NCBI GenBank assembly: GCA_047285535.1
Contig: JBJBDC010000001.1
Location: 1,920,136-1,984,135 of the forward strand
DNA length: 64,000 nucleotides
DNA from: Synechococcus sp.
GTDB lineage: Bacteria > Cyanobacteriota > Cyanobacteriia > PCC-6307 > Cyanobiaceae
Direction: 5' to 3'
Shown here: positions 51,560 through 61,770 of the stretch, in pieces
Layout: every line of letters starts with the position of its first letter
How positions within the stretch are numbered: the first letter of the stretch is position 1
Program-made: the position numbers and the translations under genes
Notes under the pieces: model-generated
The model's input: the letters and a program-made list of their open reading frames with translations, nothing else
Database searches by the model: none
Told to the model about the DNA's origin: nothing

Positions 51560-52621
51560 CCTGGTACTGAGCCCATCCTGTTTGGTCCTGTTCACAACCC
51601 GTGGAAGCTTGGGCGTAGCGCCGACGGGTCCAGCGGTGGATCAGCAGCAGCTGTTGCCGCAGGGATTATCCCGCTCGCGCATGCCAATGACGGGGGTGGC
51701 TCGATTCGTATTCCCGCCTCTTGCAACGGCCTGGTGAGTCTCAACCCATCCCGTGACCGGGTCCAAACGGGCCCAGACTATTCCGACCCCCTCTGTGGAC
51801 TGACCTGTGAGTTTGTCGTTTCACGCAGCGTGCGTGATTGTGCGACCTTATTGGACAGTGTGGCGGGGGCCGATGTGGGCGCGTCGGGACTGCCTCTACC
51901 ACCCACCCGTCCCTATCGAGCAGAGGCTGGCATCTAACCTGGTCGACTGCGGATCGCGTGGACGACGACACCGGCATCCGGAGACAAGGTGGATCCAAAA
52001 TGCGAGAAAGACGTGCACGAGACCGTCCAGTTGCTGCAAGACCTCGGCCATACCCTTGTCGAAGATCGCCCCAGGTATGACTGGGACGAATTTCTTGACA
52101 ATATTCACGTCATTTGAACCAGCGCCAATGCCAAGGCGCTGAACGAGTTGGCCTCCATCATGGGCCGTACGCTTGGACCGGAGACTCTCGAGTCAGTCAC
52201 CTTGGCCTGCTGCAAAGACGGTGAGCGCTACTCAGCTGTTGATTTGCTCAACGCCATGGACCATAGAGGACGCCTATCCCGCCTGGTTGGTCGTTTCTTC
52301 CAAGAGATTGATGTCTTGGTGATGCCAACAATTGCTTGCCTACCTGCTGCACACGGCGAGATTAATCAGAACCGACCCGGCATGACCGCCATGGAATGGA
52401 CCCTCCACGTCTTTTCCTATGCGCCCCTCACTCCTCTGTTTAATTCCACGGGCCAGCCTTCCATCGCACTGCCTTTGCACTGAAGCAGCGATGGGCTTCC
52501 CGTCGGGGTCCAATTTGCAAGTCGACGCGGCGATAAAGCCACACTGTTGCGCGTGGCTTCTCAGCTTGAGCAGGCGCGACCCTGGGCGAACAAGCGACCA
52601 CCTGTCCATGTGGCGAACTGA
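51560..52621 (+). pseudogene. Amidase-signature family pseudogene
   Basis: [21 protein letters not shown]...[15 protein letters not shown] and TPLFNSTGQPSI.LP motifs; truncated, with frameshifts and stops. Confidence 0.85.
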
Positions 52622-53132
52622 CCCAACACTGGAGAAGCAACGATGCAATAGGGATCAGACGAACCACGCCTCGCCACTCTCGTGGTAGTGGACAGAGATC
52701 CTGCTTGCCTGTCACTAACGCCTACCTGGATAGGGAACGGATCACCACTGAGGTCCTCCCTTTGTAAGGCCATTGGGCACACAGCAGCAGGCCAGCAGAA
52801 CACGGGAAGCGATGGTGCACCAGGAGGCCAGAAAGATATTGTCATCCGATAGCAATGGTCTGCTGCTGAGAGGCGCTGTGGCGGCAAAGCCAGGGGGGTG
52901 GAGCAGAGGCTGACGCAGTGTCAGCGAGTGTTGCCAGAAAGCACCACGATCAAGGAGGATTGATCAGAACGACGGATCAACAACCCAATCGTGTCGTTGC
53001 ATTGAACAGGATCAGGAGAGAACCTTGCATTCCTTGTCCACGCTTCTTAGATCAAGATAAAGAGGAAAATAACATCATTCAATCTGAGCTATTTTCAGGA
53101 CTCATTGAAAATACAAAACGGAGAACAATTGA

Positions 53133-53981
53133 ATGCATGATGCAAAGAAAATTAATCAATCTAATCCAAGCGCTGGGTACTATCCCGCACCAGGATGGGA
53201 ATGGCAAAATCCCGATCCAAAGACCTATCTCGTCGACAACAACTTAGCCCAATACGCCCAGTCCTGGATTTTAAATCTGGTTGAGTTTGTTCATTGGCTC
53301 CCTTTCATTCCGACGTTCATTCTCTCTTTTATTATTTTTCAGCATGCCGACTCGTTACGCACGCTTCTCGGCAGCGACATTCAAGTCTTTTTGATCTTGC
53401 TCAGCCCCTTAGTGCAAACATTCGGAGGGCTTATGGGCATCACAATGCATGAGTACGAAGGCTGGCAAGTCGCCTTGTTTCAGAACCCACTCGACACTGA
53501 CTTCAACATCAGAGATTGCAATAACGAATGGCTGCGAGAAGTAGCCTACAAACTGTTATTTTTCTTACAAGGTGCAGGTCTTTTAGCGTTTTCACTGGGC
53601 GTCTTTGGCATTAACAAAATCACACTGAGTTTTGCTCTTATCAGTGGAGTTATTGCATTCATTGGCCCCCAGAACCCAAAGGCAACGTTCACCTTCAACA
53701 AGCAGCCCGTCTTCCCTCTGGCCCTGTCAATACTGGCAGTATTTATCATCAATGCCATAGTCAACTTTATTGCTTATTTTTATTTATTTGATGCGGCTCT
53801 TATCAAAGCACATTTACCGATCATTCTCGCAGGAACAGCTCCTCTTCTCCTGATGCTCGGTGGCGTAATTGAAGGTGTTATCGCCGAATCAACATTCAAC
53901 CAGTGGTGGCATTTTATCGCAGTAGTCTTTCTCAATCTTGGCATGGTGGTTCAGATTTATTTCTTCAAATTACTATGGTGA
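53133..53981 (+). CDS. Multi-pass membrane protein of unknown function
   Basis: 282 aa with about 7 TM helices; MHEYEGW and AESTFNQWWH motifs. Confidence 0.75.
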   Translation: MHDAKKINQSNPSAGYYPAPGWEWQNPDPKTYLVDNNLAQYAQSWILNLVEFVHWLPFIPTFILSFIIFQHADSLRTLLGSDIQVFLILLSPLVQTFGGLMGITMHEYEGWQVALFQNPLDTDFNIRDCNNEWLREVAYKLLFFLQGAGLLAFSLGVFGINKITLSFALISGVIAFIGPQNPKATFTFNKQPVFPLALSILAVFIINAIVNFIAYFYLFDAALIKAHLPIILAGTAPLLLMLGGVIEGVIAESTFNQWWHFIAVVFLNLGMVVQIYFFKLLW

Positions 53982-54318
53982 TCCTATAATTCATTACCAT
54001 GCACAACTCCTCACATCAGCCTGGGCTACGGATGCCTTCAATCAAATGAAGTTGTGCATGAACTGGAATTTATTTCAATGCGTTTGATCCTGGTTATACC
54101 CCAAAATTAACCATGACATCAACGCTTGGGCTCGCCGGTCCCAGGGAGCGCTCAGTGTGCTCTAACAGGAAGTGTTCTTTGCTGCCCTCACCATGGCAGC
54201 AAGCTGTCACAACATCCGGACGCCATAGCAACGCATCAACATCAAACTGTTGCTGTTGATTAGCGACTGAAACTGAGCACCCGTTAGCGCAGCATCCCGA
54301 GACGACTGAGTCGTTCGA

Positions 54319-55074
54319 TCAGATCCGTGTCATGACCGAAAAACTTGATGCTTGCCAAGTCCCATCTACGGAATATTCAATTACAGATTTTTGGAGCAGC
54401 CCAGCGTCACAGCACCAGTAGCTTTCAAAGGAGAATGCTTGGGTGATGTCATCAACCGAGGGAAGAGAGGCAGCTCCTCTATCGTGAAAATACACCAGCT
54501 TCGCTGACAAGGACGTGTCAACGCGAGATTCAAACTCATCAAAACTTGAGTGGGGCCAGCTTTGATTAGTGAACGTTCTTTTGGAGACACGCCAGGACCC
54601 AACCATCAAAGAATCATCCATCAAACTGTCGTTTAATGGAGCAGTCAAACCATCGGCTTCTCGAATCAAGGTTCTAGAAAAAACCCCTTGCGTTCGATCA
54701 AACAGAAACACCTGCCTATGCCTTCTTTTGGCTTTAATAAATGAAAATTCAACTTTCGAGACTTCATCTTCTTTCATTGCAAGTGTAGCCGCACAGAAAG
54801 CACCGCCCGGAAAATAGATATACTCTTTGGTGAATGATTTAAGACGCATCATAATTTCCTTTTCAGGATCTCCACCGCCAAGCCCTTGATTCGCATCCCA
54901 AAGTCTCAGACGAAAATCAAGGCAATTCTTTTCCTCCGATTGCTTGAACTCCAGTCTTGATAAAGACTGAGAGATCATCGTCATTCGATCATCATAGCGA
55001 GTGAAAGTACCATTCCAGTCGCCAAGATTTTCGCAGACAGCCTTCCACTGCATCTCAAAGCTCGATTGGTCCAT
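54319..55074 (-). CDS. DUF3598-like protein
   Basis: QW....NLGDWNGTFT N-terminus and ..YSVDGTW C-terminus. Confidence 0.7.
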   Translation of the reverse strand: MDQSSFEMQWKAVCENLGDWNGTFTRYDDRMTMISQSLSRLEFKQSEEKNCLDFRLRLWDANQGLGGGDPEKEIMMRLKSFTKEYIYFPGGAFCAATLAMKEDEVSKVEFSFIKAKRRHRQVFLFDRTQGVFSRTLIREADGLTAPLNDSLMDDSLMVGSWRVSKRTFTNQSWPHSSFDEFESRVDTSLSAKLVYFHDRGAASLPSVDDITQAFSFESYWCCDAGLLQKSVIEYSVDGTWQASSFSVMTRI

Positions 55075-55549
55075 CACTAGTCCTCTCCCATGGAAACCAC
55101 ATTGCGCCAGCAATCAATCAAGCAACGCAGGATATCGATTCGGCAAATTGATTTTCTTGACTGGTGCTATCTAGACGTGAACTTTGTCAACCAGTCAGCA
55201 CAGAAACAAGGGCGTCACCCAGAACTCTCCTCCATCCCCTCATCACGTCTCAGATGTCCGAACAGAGGAGTCGGAATGTCGCCACAGTTTTCAAAGCTGC
55301 CGACGGGCTGCGTTGAGGACGCGCACTGAACAAAAGCCACCGGCCTTGAGGGTCCCTGCGGAACCGTTTCAGCGTCAGCCTGGCCTGCTCCGCCTGAAAT
55401 CGGCCATAGGATTGAGCCGAGGAGTGCCATCCCACAGTCAAGTCATCAGCACCATCACGTCACCGAACCATCGTCATCCGCCCCTCAAGACAAGCAGGCA
55501 GGAGCTGGATGATCACCGGGTCGCCTGAAGCCTTGACCATCCTTCAACC

Positions 55550-56389
55550 ATGACTGACATCGTCAAGCCTGTGCATCAAGCGGACTACGTGCTCGGTCAT
55601 TCAGTCCGAGAGCTCAATCGACTGGAACAACAGGAACTCCTGATCGGCCCCTTCACCCGTCGTTCCTTTCGTGAAGCCGGTATCAAGCCTGGATTTCGCG
55701 TGCTGGATATCGGTAGCGGCGTCGGCGATGTGAGCTTTCTCACCGCCGACATGGTCGGTGCAGACGGCACTGTTGTAGGCATCGATCGTTCAGCGACCGC
55801 CGTCGCAACGGCGCGTCGTCACGCAGAAACCCGTGGTGTCCTCAATGTCGACTTTCACGTTGGCGATCCAACAGAACGAAGCTTTGAACAGCCGTTCGAC
55901 GCCGTTGTTGGCCGTTACGTCTTGCTGTTTCAACCAGAGATCCCTCGATTTCTAAGCAACCTGAGAAGTCATCTGAAGCCGGGCGGCCTCATGATTTTTC
56001 ATGAGCCTGATCTGTGCAGCCTTCGCTCTCAGCCACCAGCTCCTGCCTACGACCGTTGCAGTGACTGGATCTACGAAGCGTTTCGCCTGAGTGGCAACGA
56101 AGTCAACATGGCGGCTCGCATCCTTGAGGCCTTCATGCAGGCCGACCTGCCCACTCCCCAGTTGAGAATGGAAACCTATCTGGCAGGACCTTCTCAGTGC
56201 TCGCCCTGGCTGAACGCCATGGCAGAACTGGCCGAAAGCCTGCTCACAGCCATGGTGTCATTTGGAATTGCCACGGCTGAGGACGTTGCCACTGAGAGCC
56301 TAGTCATGCGCATGCAACACGACATCAACCAGAGCAACAGCGTTGTCTTCGGTCGCACTGAAGTCTGCGCCTGGTCTCAACTCCCCTGA
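55550..56389 (+). CDS. Class I SAM-dependent methyltransferase
   Basis: VLDIGSGVG, GID, FDAVVGR and LKPGG motifs. Confidence 0.9.
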   Translation: MTDIVKPVHQADYVLGHSVRELNRLEQQELLIGPFTRRSFREAGIKPGFRVLDIGSGVGDVSFLTADMVGADGTVVGIDRSATAVATARRHAETRGVLNVDFHVGDPTERSFEQPFDAVVGRYVLLFQPEIPRFLSNLRSHLKPGGLMIFHEPDLCSLRSQPPAPAYDRCSDWIYEAFRLSGNEVNMAARILEAFMQADLPTPQLRMETYLAGPSQCSPWLNAMAELAESLLTAMVSFGIATAEDVATESLVMRMQHDINQSNSVVFGRTEVCAWSQLP

Positions 56390-56551
56390 GATCAGCACTT
56401 CAGCAGGATGCGCGACAGTCACGACGATGGCATGAGCACCCGTTCAGGCACCTGATCAGCAACGGCATCAACCGCGTGACCCTGCAACTGGTGTTGATGC
56501 TGGAGGCGATCTGCTGCGGAACAGGCATCCAGCCACCTCGAGGGGAGCAGA

Positions 56552-57391
56552 TCATCGACTTCTGTCAGACCCCAGATAAAAACGAGCACAGTTGCTGCCC
56601 CAGAACCCCTTGGCCTGCTCCGGTTCGAGGTGACGCACATAGGCCCGTGCCAGCCCCTCGACCTGCTCATAGCCTGCCGCCAGCAGGCAGACCGGCCAGT
56701 CGCTGCCGAACATCAACCGCTCAGGCTGGAACGCCTCGAACACCACGTCGAGGTAGGGCCGGAAGTCGGCGACGTCCCAATTCTGATGATCGGCCTCGGT
56801 CACCAGGCCCGAGACCTTGCAGCAGACGTTCGGATGGAGGGCCAGCTCCTGGATCAGAGAGGCCCAGGGCTCGATGACCCCCTCCCGAATCCTCGGCTTG
56901 GCGATGTGATCGAGGACGAAGGCCTGCTCCGGACACCGCTGCACGAGTTCGATCGCAGCGGGCAGCTGGCTCGGATAGATCACAAGGTCATAGGTCAGCC
57001 CGAACTGACGCAGCGCCCCAATGCCGCGCACCACCGACGGCCGGACAAGAAATCGGGCATCGGGCTCGTCCTGCGCAAGGTGGCGGACGCCAACGAATCG
57101 AGGGTGCTCCGCCAGAGACGCCAGGCTGTCCTCAACCCGATCGGACTGGAGGTCCACCCAGCCGACCACTCCCTTCACACTCGGATCCGCATCGGCCAGT
57201 CCCAGAAGCCACCATGATTCAGCCAGCGACTGACGCGCCTCCACAACGATGGAACCGTCGAACCCCAGCGACCGGTGAATCCGCCCGAGGTCCTCAGGCA
57301 GCCAGTCACGCTGAAGAGCTGATCCCTGCGGGATCCAGGGATGCTCAGCGGCGGTGTATCTCCAGAAATGCTGGTGAGCGTCGATCTTCAT
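56552..57391 (-). CDS. Amidohydrolase_2 family protein (L-fuconolactonase-like)
   Basis: IDAHQHFW, VGWVDL, DHIAKP, KVSGL and FGSDWPV motifs. Confidence 0.9.
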   Translation of the reverse strand: MKIDAHQHFWRYTAAEHPWIPQGSALQRDWLPEDLGRIHRSLGFDGSIVVEARQSLAESWWLLGLADADPSVKGVVGWVDLQSDRVEDSLASLAEHPRFVGVRHLAQDEPDARFLVRPSVVRGIGALRQFGLTYDLVIYPSQLPAAIELVQRCPEQAFVLDHIAKPRIREGVIEPWASLIQELALHPNVCCKVSGLVTEADHQNWDVADFRPYLDVVFEAFQPERLMFGSDWPVCLLAAGYEQVEGLARAYVRHLEPEQAKGFWGSNCARFYLGSDRSR

Positions 57392-57550
57392 AGACTCATG
57401 TTGTCAGCACACCACAGCACTGGCAGCTTGGATGGTGCAGGCAGCAGAACCCCCTGTTCAGGCCCCAACGCGTCAAGAGGGTTGATGAGGCCGTGGCGTT
57501 CCCTCCAGGAAATGGCTATGAAAACTAGCGGCCGAGCCAGAGATGCACCG

Positions 57551-58810
57551 ATGAAATCCGGCCTGTTCTGCACGCTCTGGATCGGACTGCTGGTGATGGA
57601 GGCTCTGTCGGTCACCGCTGCCGCTGAGATGGCTGCACCGCCGATTGTGGTGGGTGACCCCAGGGTCCGCTGCGAGGACGATCCCAGTTGCATGAATCGC
57701 CTGCACCCCGCGATTCCCACGGTGGCGGAAGCAGCACCCGGACAACGGATCGTTTTCCATAGCCGCGATGCCTTCGATCTGACGCTCGACCCGGATCAGT
57801 GGTCCAGCGCAAAGACCATTCCCCGCCGCGGAGTGGGAATCGCCCATGCCCTGACGGGTCCGGTCTCCATCATCGGCGCCAAAGCGGGAGACGTTCTGGC
57901 TGTCACCATCGAGAGGATCGAACCAGCCAAGGTCGGCTGGACCCAGGCGGGGGCCTTCGGCTTTGCCGCCGACCGGTTCGGCAGCGACGAACTCTTCATC
58001 GTCTGGCGTCTGAACGACCGCGAGGCCGTCAGTGATGCACTGCCGGGTATCCGCATCCCCAACAGCAGTTTCCCGGGGGTGGTGACCACTCTGCCCAGCA
58101 AGCAGTTTCTTGCGACGGTGCTGGCGCGGGAAACAGAACTGCTGAACGCAGGCGGCAGCGTCTTCAATCCTGACCCTGACGAAGCTAGACCTACAGCAGT
58201 GTGTGGGCCGGGGGGGACGCACGCAGCGGAATGCCTGCGAACGGTGCCACCACGGGAGCAGGGCGGCAACATGGACATCCGTTACCTCACTGCCGGCACC
58301 ACGGTTTATCTGCCCTGCATGGTGGATGGTTGCGGACTCGCGGTTGGCGACTTTCACTATGCACAGGGCGATGGAGAAGTGTCCGGATCTGCGATCGAGA
58401 TGGGCGGAAGCCTCACGGTCACGACCAGGATTGCCACCAATCCTCCGGATCTGTCCTATGGCCCTCACTATGAAGGCCCCGCTTCGGCACTGACCATTCC
58501 GTCCCGTCGCTTTTACGCCGTCACTGGAATCCCGGTCAAAGAACCGGGAACCGTTCCCTCGGATCTGGCTTATCTGGCCTCCCCGAAACTTGCGGGACTG
58601 AGCAACCTCTCAGGAAACATCAGCCTCGCTGCCCAGAACGCTTTGGCCGCCATGATCGACTACATCACAAGGAACTACGGCTACAGCCGGATTCAGGCCT
58701 ACCTCATCGCCAGCGTTGCCGTCGATCTGCGGATCACACAACTCGTTGATGTCCCGAACATGGGAGTGACTGCCATCCTGCCCTTGGACATCTTTGTTGG
58801 GCGCGACTAG
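57551..58810 (+). CDS. Acetamidase/formamidase family protein
   Basis: NRLHP.IP, HALTGP, LRTVPPRE.GGNMD and GDFHYAQGDGEV..AIEM motifs; start position uncertain. Confidence 0.9.
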   Translation: MKSGLFCTLWIGLLVMEALSVTAAAEMAAPPIVVGDPRVRCEDDPSCMNRLHPAIPTVAEAAPGQRIVFHSRDAFDLTLDPDQWSSAKTIPRRGVGIAHALTGPVSIIGAKAGDVLAVTIERIEPAKVGWTQAGAFGFAADRFGSDELFIVWRLNDREAVSDALPGIRIPNSSFPGVVTTLPSKQFLATVLARETELLNAGGSVFNPDPDEARPTAVCGPGGTHAAECLRTVPPREQGGNMDIRYLTAGTTVYLPCMVDGCGLAVGDFHYAQGDGEVSGSAIEMGGSLTVTTRIATNPPDLSYGPHYEGPASALTIPSRRFYAVTGIPVKEPGTVPSDLAYLASPKLAGLSNLSGNISLAAQNALAAMIDYITRNYGYSRIQAYLIASVAVDLRITQLVDVPNMGVTAILPLDIFVGRD

Positions 58811-58959
58811 CAGCTTGCGGCTTGCGCTGAGTGTTCAGACAAATGCCACGGGCTGAACGGGGGAGTGTGCATCCCTTCGCAACACGCCAATGAACTCCAG
58901 TCGCAAGGAAAGACGAGTGGCCAAGAAACTGAACTGATTCAGCGATGGAGGGCCTCATC

Positions 58960-58996
58960 GCCATGAAGCCTTCAGATGGTCTGAAGGCTTCATGGC
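58960..58996. terminator. Perfect 17-bp-arm hairpin between convergent genes
   Basis: gccatgaagccttcaga-tgg-tctgaaggcttcatggc. Confidence 0.7.
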
Positions 58997-59018
58997 TGCC
59001 AACGGGTGAGACCTGGCT

Positions 59019-59453
59019 TCAGGCCCCGAGCCACTGCAGCGACACCCTGCGCTGGCGTGGACCGTCGAGCTCCACCAGCATCACGTCTTGATACTGCCCC
59101 AATTGCAGTTCTCCCTTGCTGACATTCACGATGACCTCATTGCCAAGCATCAGAGCCTGCAGATGAGCATGGGCATTGCGCGGTTCATCGTCTGGGATGC
59201 CGTGGCGTAATTCCAAGTCGTCATGCTTCCAGGCAGCACCTGGGGGTGCCTGCTGGCTCAGCCATCGCTTCAGATCCATCAACAACCGTTCCTCCATTTC
59301 ATTGATGATCACGGCGGTGGTGGTGTGCTGACCTGACACAACGACGGCGCCATCACCTCGACCCTGAATCTGAACGAAGCGACGTAGCTCTGCCGTGAGA
59401 GGCAGACATTGAAAGGGTGCCTCAGTGCGGAGGCTCAGGAGCTGGGATGTCAT
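59019..59453 (-). CDS. yjbQ: YjbQ/UPF0047 family protein
   Basis: HTTTA..INE, N.HAHL and LG.YQ.V.LVELDGPR motifs. Confidence 0.88.
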   Translation of the reverse strand: MTSQLLSLRTEAPFQCLPLTAELRRFVQIQGRGDGAVVVSGQHTTTAVIINEMEERLLMDLKRWLSQQAPPGAAWKHDDLELRHGIPDDEPRNAHAHLQALMLGNEVIVNVSKGELQLGQYQDVMLVELDGPRQRRVSLQWLGA

Positions 59454-59501
59454 GCCGTCATGCTGGCGTCTAGAACAGCTCCATGGTCTAGGAGACATTG
59501 C

Positions 59502-59678
59502 ATGGCCCTGATTCCCCGCTGGCAGTACATGACAGACACGAGCAAGGCATTGGTCAAGCGCGGTGTGGTGAGTGTGCTGGTGCTGTTTGTGGCGATCGTG
59601 GTTTTACGGGGGCTGCTGCCCTGGGTGCTGCTGGGACTGGTCGCCTGGTTCGTTTGGACCTGGGTCCGAGGGCGCTGA
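59502..59678 (+). CDS. Small membrane protein
   Basis: 58 aa starting MALIPRWQYM after an AGGAG RBS; hydrophobic. Confidence 0.65.
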   Translation: MALIPRWQYMTDTSKALVKRGVVSVLVLFVAIVVLRGLLPWVLLGLVAWFVWTWVRGR

Positions 59679-60050
59679 CATCGATCGCTTGCCGCTCAAG
59701 GTGGCTGGACAGCTGCGATGGCGGCCAACCTTCAACGATGGAGATCAGAGCAACAGCGCCAACCTGGATGTGAGCCACCAGCTCGATCCAAGCCTTCACC
59801 CATCGCGGTGGGTGAACAAAATCATTCAGCGTGATCCATAAATCGCCCTCTCCAATCAAAAGCGATCCACAACAGAGGCGAACAAAGTCTCAGAGAATAA
59901 AAAACAAACAAAGCTGGTACATAGCCTGCATCAAGCCATTAATCCAAAACCAAAAGGCCAAACGAAGCGACCTGATGAATTGAGCCCAAGAAGAGCGAAA
60001 CTGTTACAATTAACCTTCAACAATTAGCCATAAAAAGAGTCACGGCCAAC

Positions 60051-60416
60051 ATGTTTAAGGTGATCAAAAACATTAAACTTCACTGGCTCAACATCAGTAT
60101 AATCATCTTTTTGGCGATCACCATTCTGTCGCTGCACCCTCTTGACAACCTGCCTGAAGCGCCAGGATCCGACAAAACACACCATTTCATTTCATACGCA
60201 GCGCTTGCCTATCCCACCGCACTACGCAAGCCAAATCGATGGCTTTATATCATTACATTGTTTGCAATTTATAGCGGCCTCATGGAGTTAATCCAGCCTC
60301 ATGTCAATCGCTACGGGGAATGGATGGATTTTCTAGCCAATATTGGTGGACTACTCCTTGGCGTCATACTGGCCCTTTTAACCAACACACTTGAGAAACA
60401 AACTGGAAACCAATAA
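60051..60416 (+). CDS. VanZ-like membrane protein
   Basis: DKTHHF..Y and ELIQP.VNR.GEW.DF.AN motifs. Confidence 0.85.
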   Translation: MFKVIKNIKLHWLNISIIIFLAITILSLHPLDNLPEAPGSDKTHHFISYAALAYPTALRKPNRWLYIITLFAIYSGLMELIQPHVNRYGEWMDFLANIGGLLLGVILALLTNTLEKQTGNQ

Positions 60417-60810
60417 ACCTGAGCGATAGAGACTGGAAGGCTATCTTTAATTTCCTCAACCCCCCATCCAGTTCAACAGCAGAACCAGCAAACACCTGCT
60501 TTCAATATCAATCAAGACTCCAGTGAAATGTTGATGACATGACATATTGATGACATGACATCCGATCAGCAGCCAGCTCCTCGGACGGACTCAATGGAAA
60601 CAACAACTCCATTCAAAACGCTATTGCTTCATGAGCTGGTTGCAGAAAAAAGAAAAAAGCAAAGCGTCCACCTCAGGAAAGACTCCTTGCATCGGCCATT
60701 GCATTAGTGATTGCATCGCGCAATCCATGGCTGATTGCATCGCCTCACCAACTGGCTTCATGGGTGTTGGCGATCCAAAGCATCAACGGCAGCGAGCGCC
60801 CAGCCCATGA

Positions 60811-61701
60811 TCACCTTCCAGCGGGGGTGAAGCGCATGCTCAAATCCAACCAGGAGCTGCGGGTCACCGGAGCACTGGTGGAAATCAAATCAACCCCCGT
60901 AGGCGCATAAGCCCTGAGATCAGCAGGGTTCACCCCAGAGGCTTCAAGCACAACAGGAGAGCCTCCTGCTCGATCCAACGCCAGGGACCGCAGGATCGGC
61001 ACCAAAGAACTGAGCTCCTGCGCAGAGAATTCATCCAACAGCACACCGTCAGCACCAGCCGCCACCGCGGCTTCCGCCTCCTTCACCGTTTCCGCCTCAA
61101 CAATCACTCGCGCGGGCCAGGGAGCCTCAGCCCGCACGGCCTTGATGGCGGAGGCAACACCACCCGCCCAGGCCAGGTGATTTTCCTTGAGCATTGCCGC
61201 ATCATCCAGACCCATCCGATGATTGATCCCGCCACCACAACGGACGGCATATTTCTCGAGATCCCTTAAGCCAGGAGTCGTTTTACGGGTGTCCACCAAC
61301 TGCACACCACTGCCCTCAAGGTGTTGAACCAGGACCGCTGTCGCTGTGGCAATACCAGACAGATGCATCACCAAATTGAGTGCGGTGCGTTCCAGCGCCA
61401 CCAACACCTCGGCCGGGCCATGGAGCTCCAAGAGCCGATCCCCAACCGCAATCCCTACCCCATCACGCACCAACAGCTGAAGTTCAACCTGGTGTCCACA
61501 AGGCCCCACCAGCTCAGACAGCAACGGTTGGAGCAACACACCCCCGCAGAACACACCATCGGCTTTAGCGAGCCAATGCGCCCCAGCCGATTGTCCTCGG
61601 ACCGCAGAGGCAGAAAGATCACCGCGACCCAGATCTTCCTGCAACCAGTCACCCAGCCTGCGGCGAAGACCTGGGGTGATGGCAAGCGTGCTGGACGCCA
61701 T
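60811..61701 (-). CDS. nadC: Nicotinate-nucleotide diphosphorylase (carboxylating)
   Basis: EDLGRGD, ERTALN, DTRKTTPGLR, NHRMGL and KENH motifs. Confidence 0.97.
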   Translation of the reverse strand: MASSTLAITPGLRRRLGDWLQEDLGRGDLSASAVRGQSAGAHWLAKADGVFCGGVLLQPLLSELVGPCGHQVELQLLVRDGVGIAVGDRLLELHGPAEVLVALERTALNLVMHLSGIATATAVLVQHLEGSGVQLVDTRKTTPGLRDLEKYAVRCGGGINHRMGLDDAAMLKENHLAWAGGVASAIKAVRAEAPWPARVIVEAETVKEAEAAVAAGADGVLLDEFSAQELSSLVPILRSLALDRAGGSPVVLEASGVNPADLRAYAPTGVDLISTSAPVTRSSWLDLSMRFTPAGR

Positions 61702-61770
61702 CAGAAATCATGAGTGGACGTCGCTTCATGATGACCGCAATTCCTCGATGAGAACGAAAGCGAACCAGGA

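Larger units (their letters stand above)
9900..60800. mobile_element. Accessory region / genomic island between argS and nadC (boundaries approximate)
   Basis: Integrons, a toxin complex, pseudogenes and abrupt composition changes between core genes that I recall as near-adjacent in picocyanobacteria. Confidence 0.7.

Noticed and set aside
54159..54289. Possible attC (CTCTAAC...GTTAGCG)
   Set aside because: The internal inverted repeat (ttgctgcc/ggcagcaa) is off-centre and the L boxes do not pair convincingly.
55250..55441. Possible Uma2-like endonuclease remnant (RFRRDPQGRWLL)
   Set aside because: Too short to support without a search.
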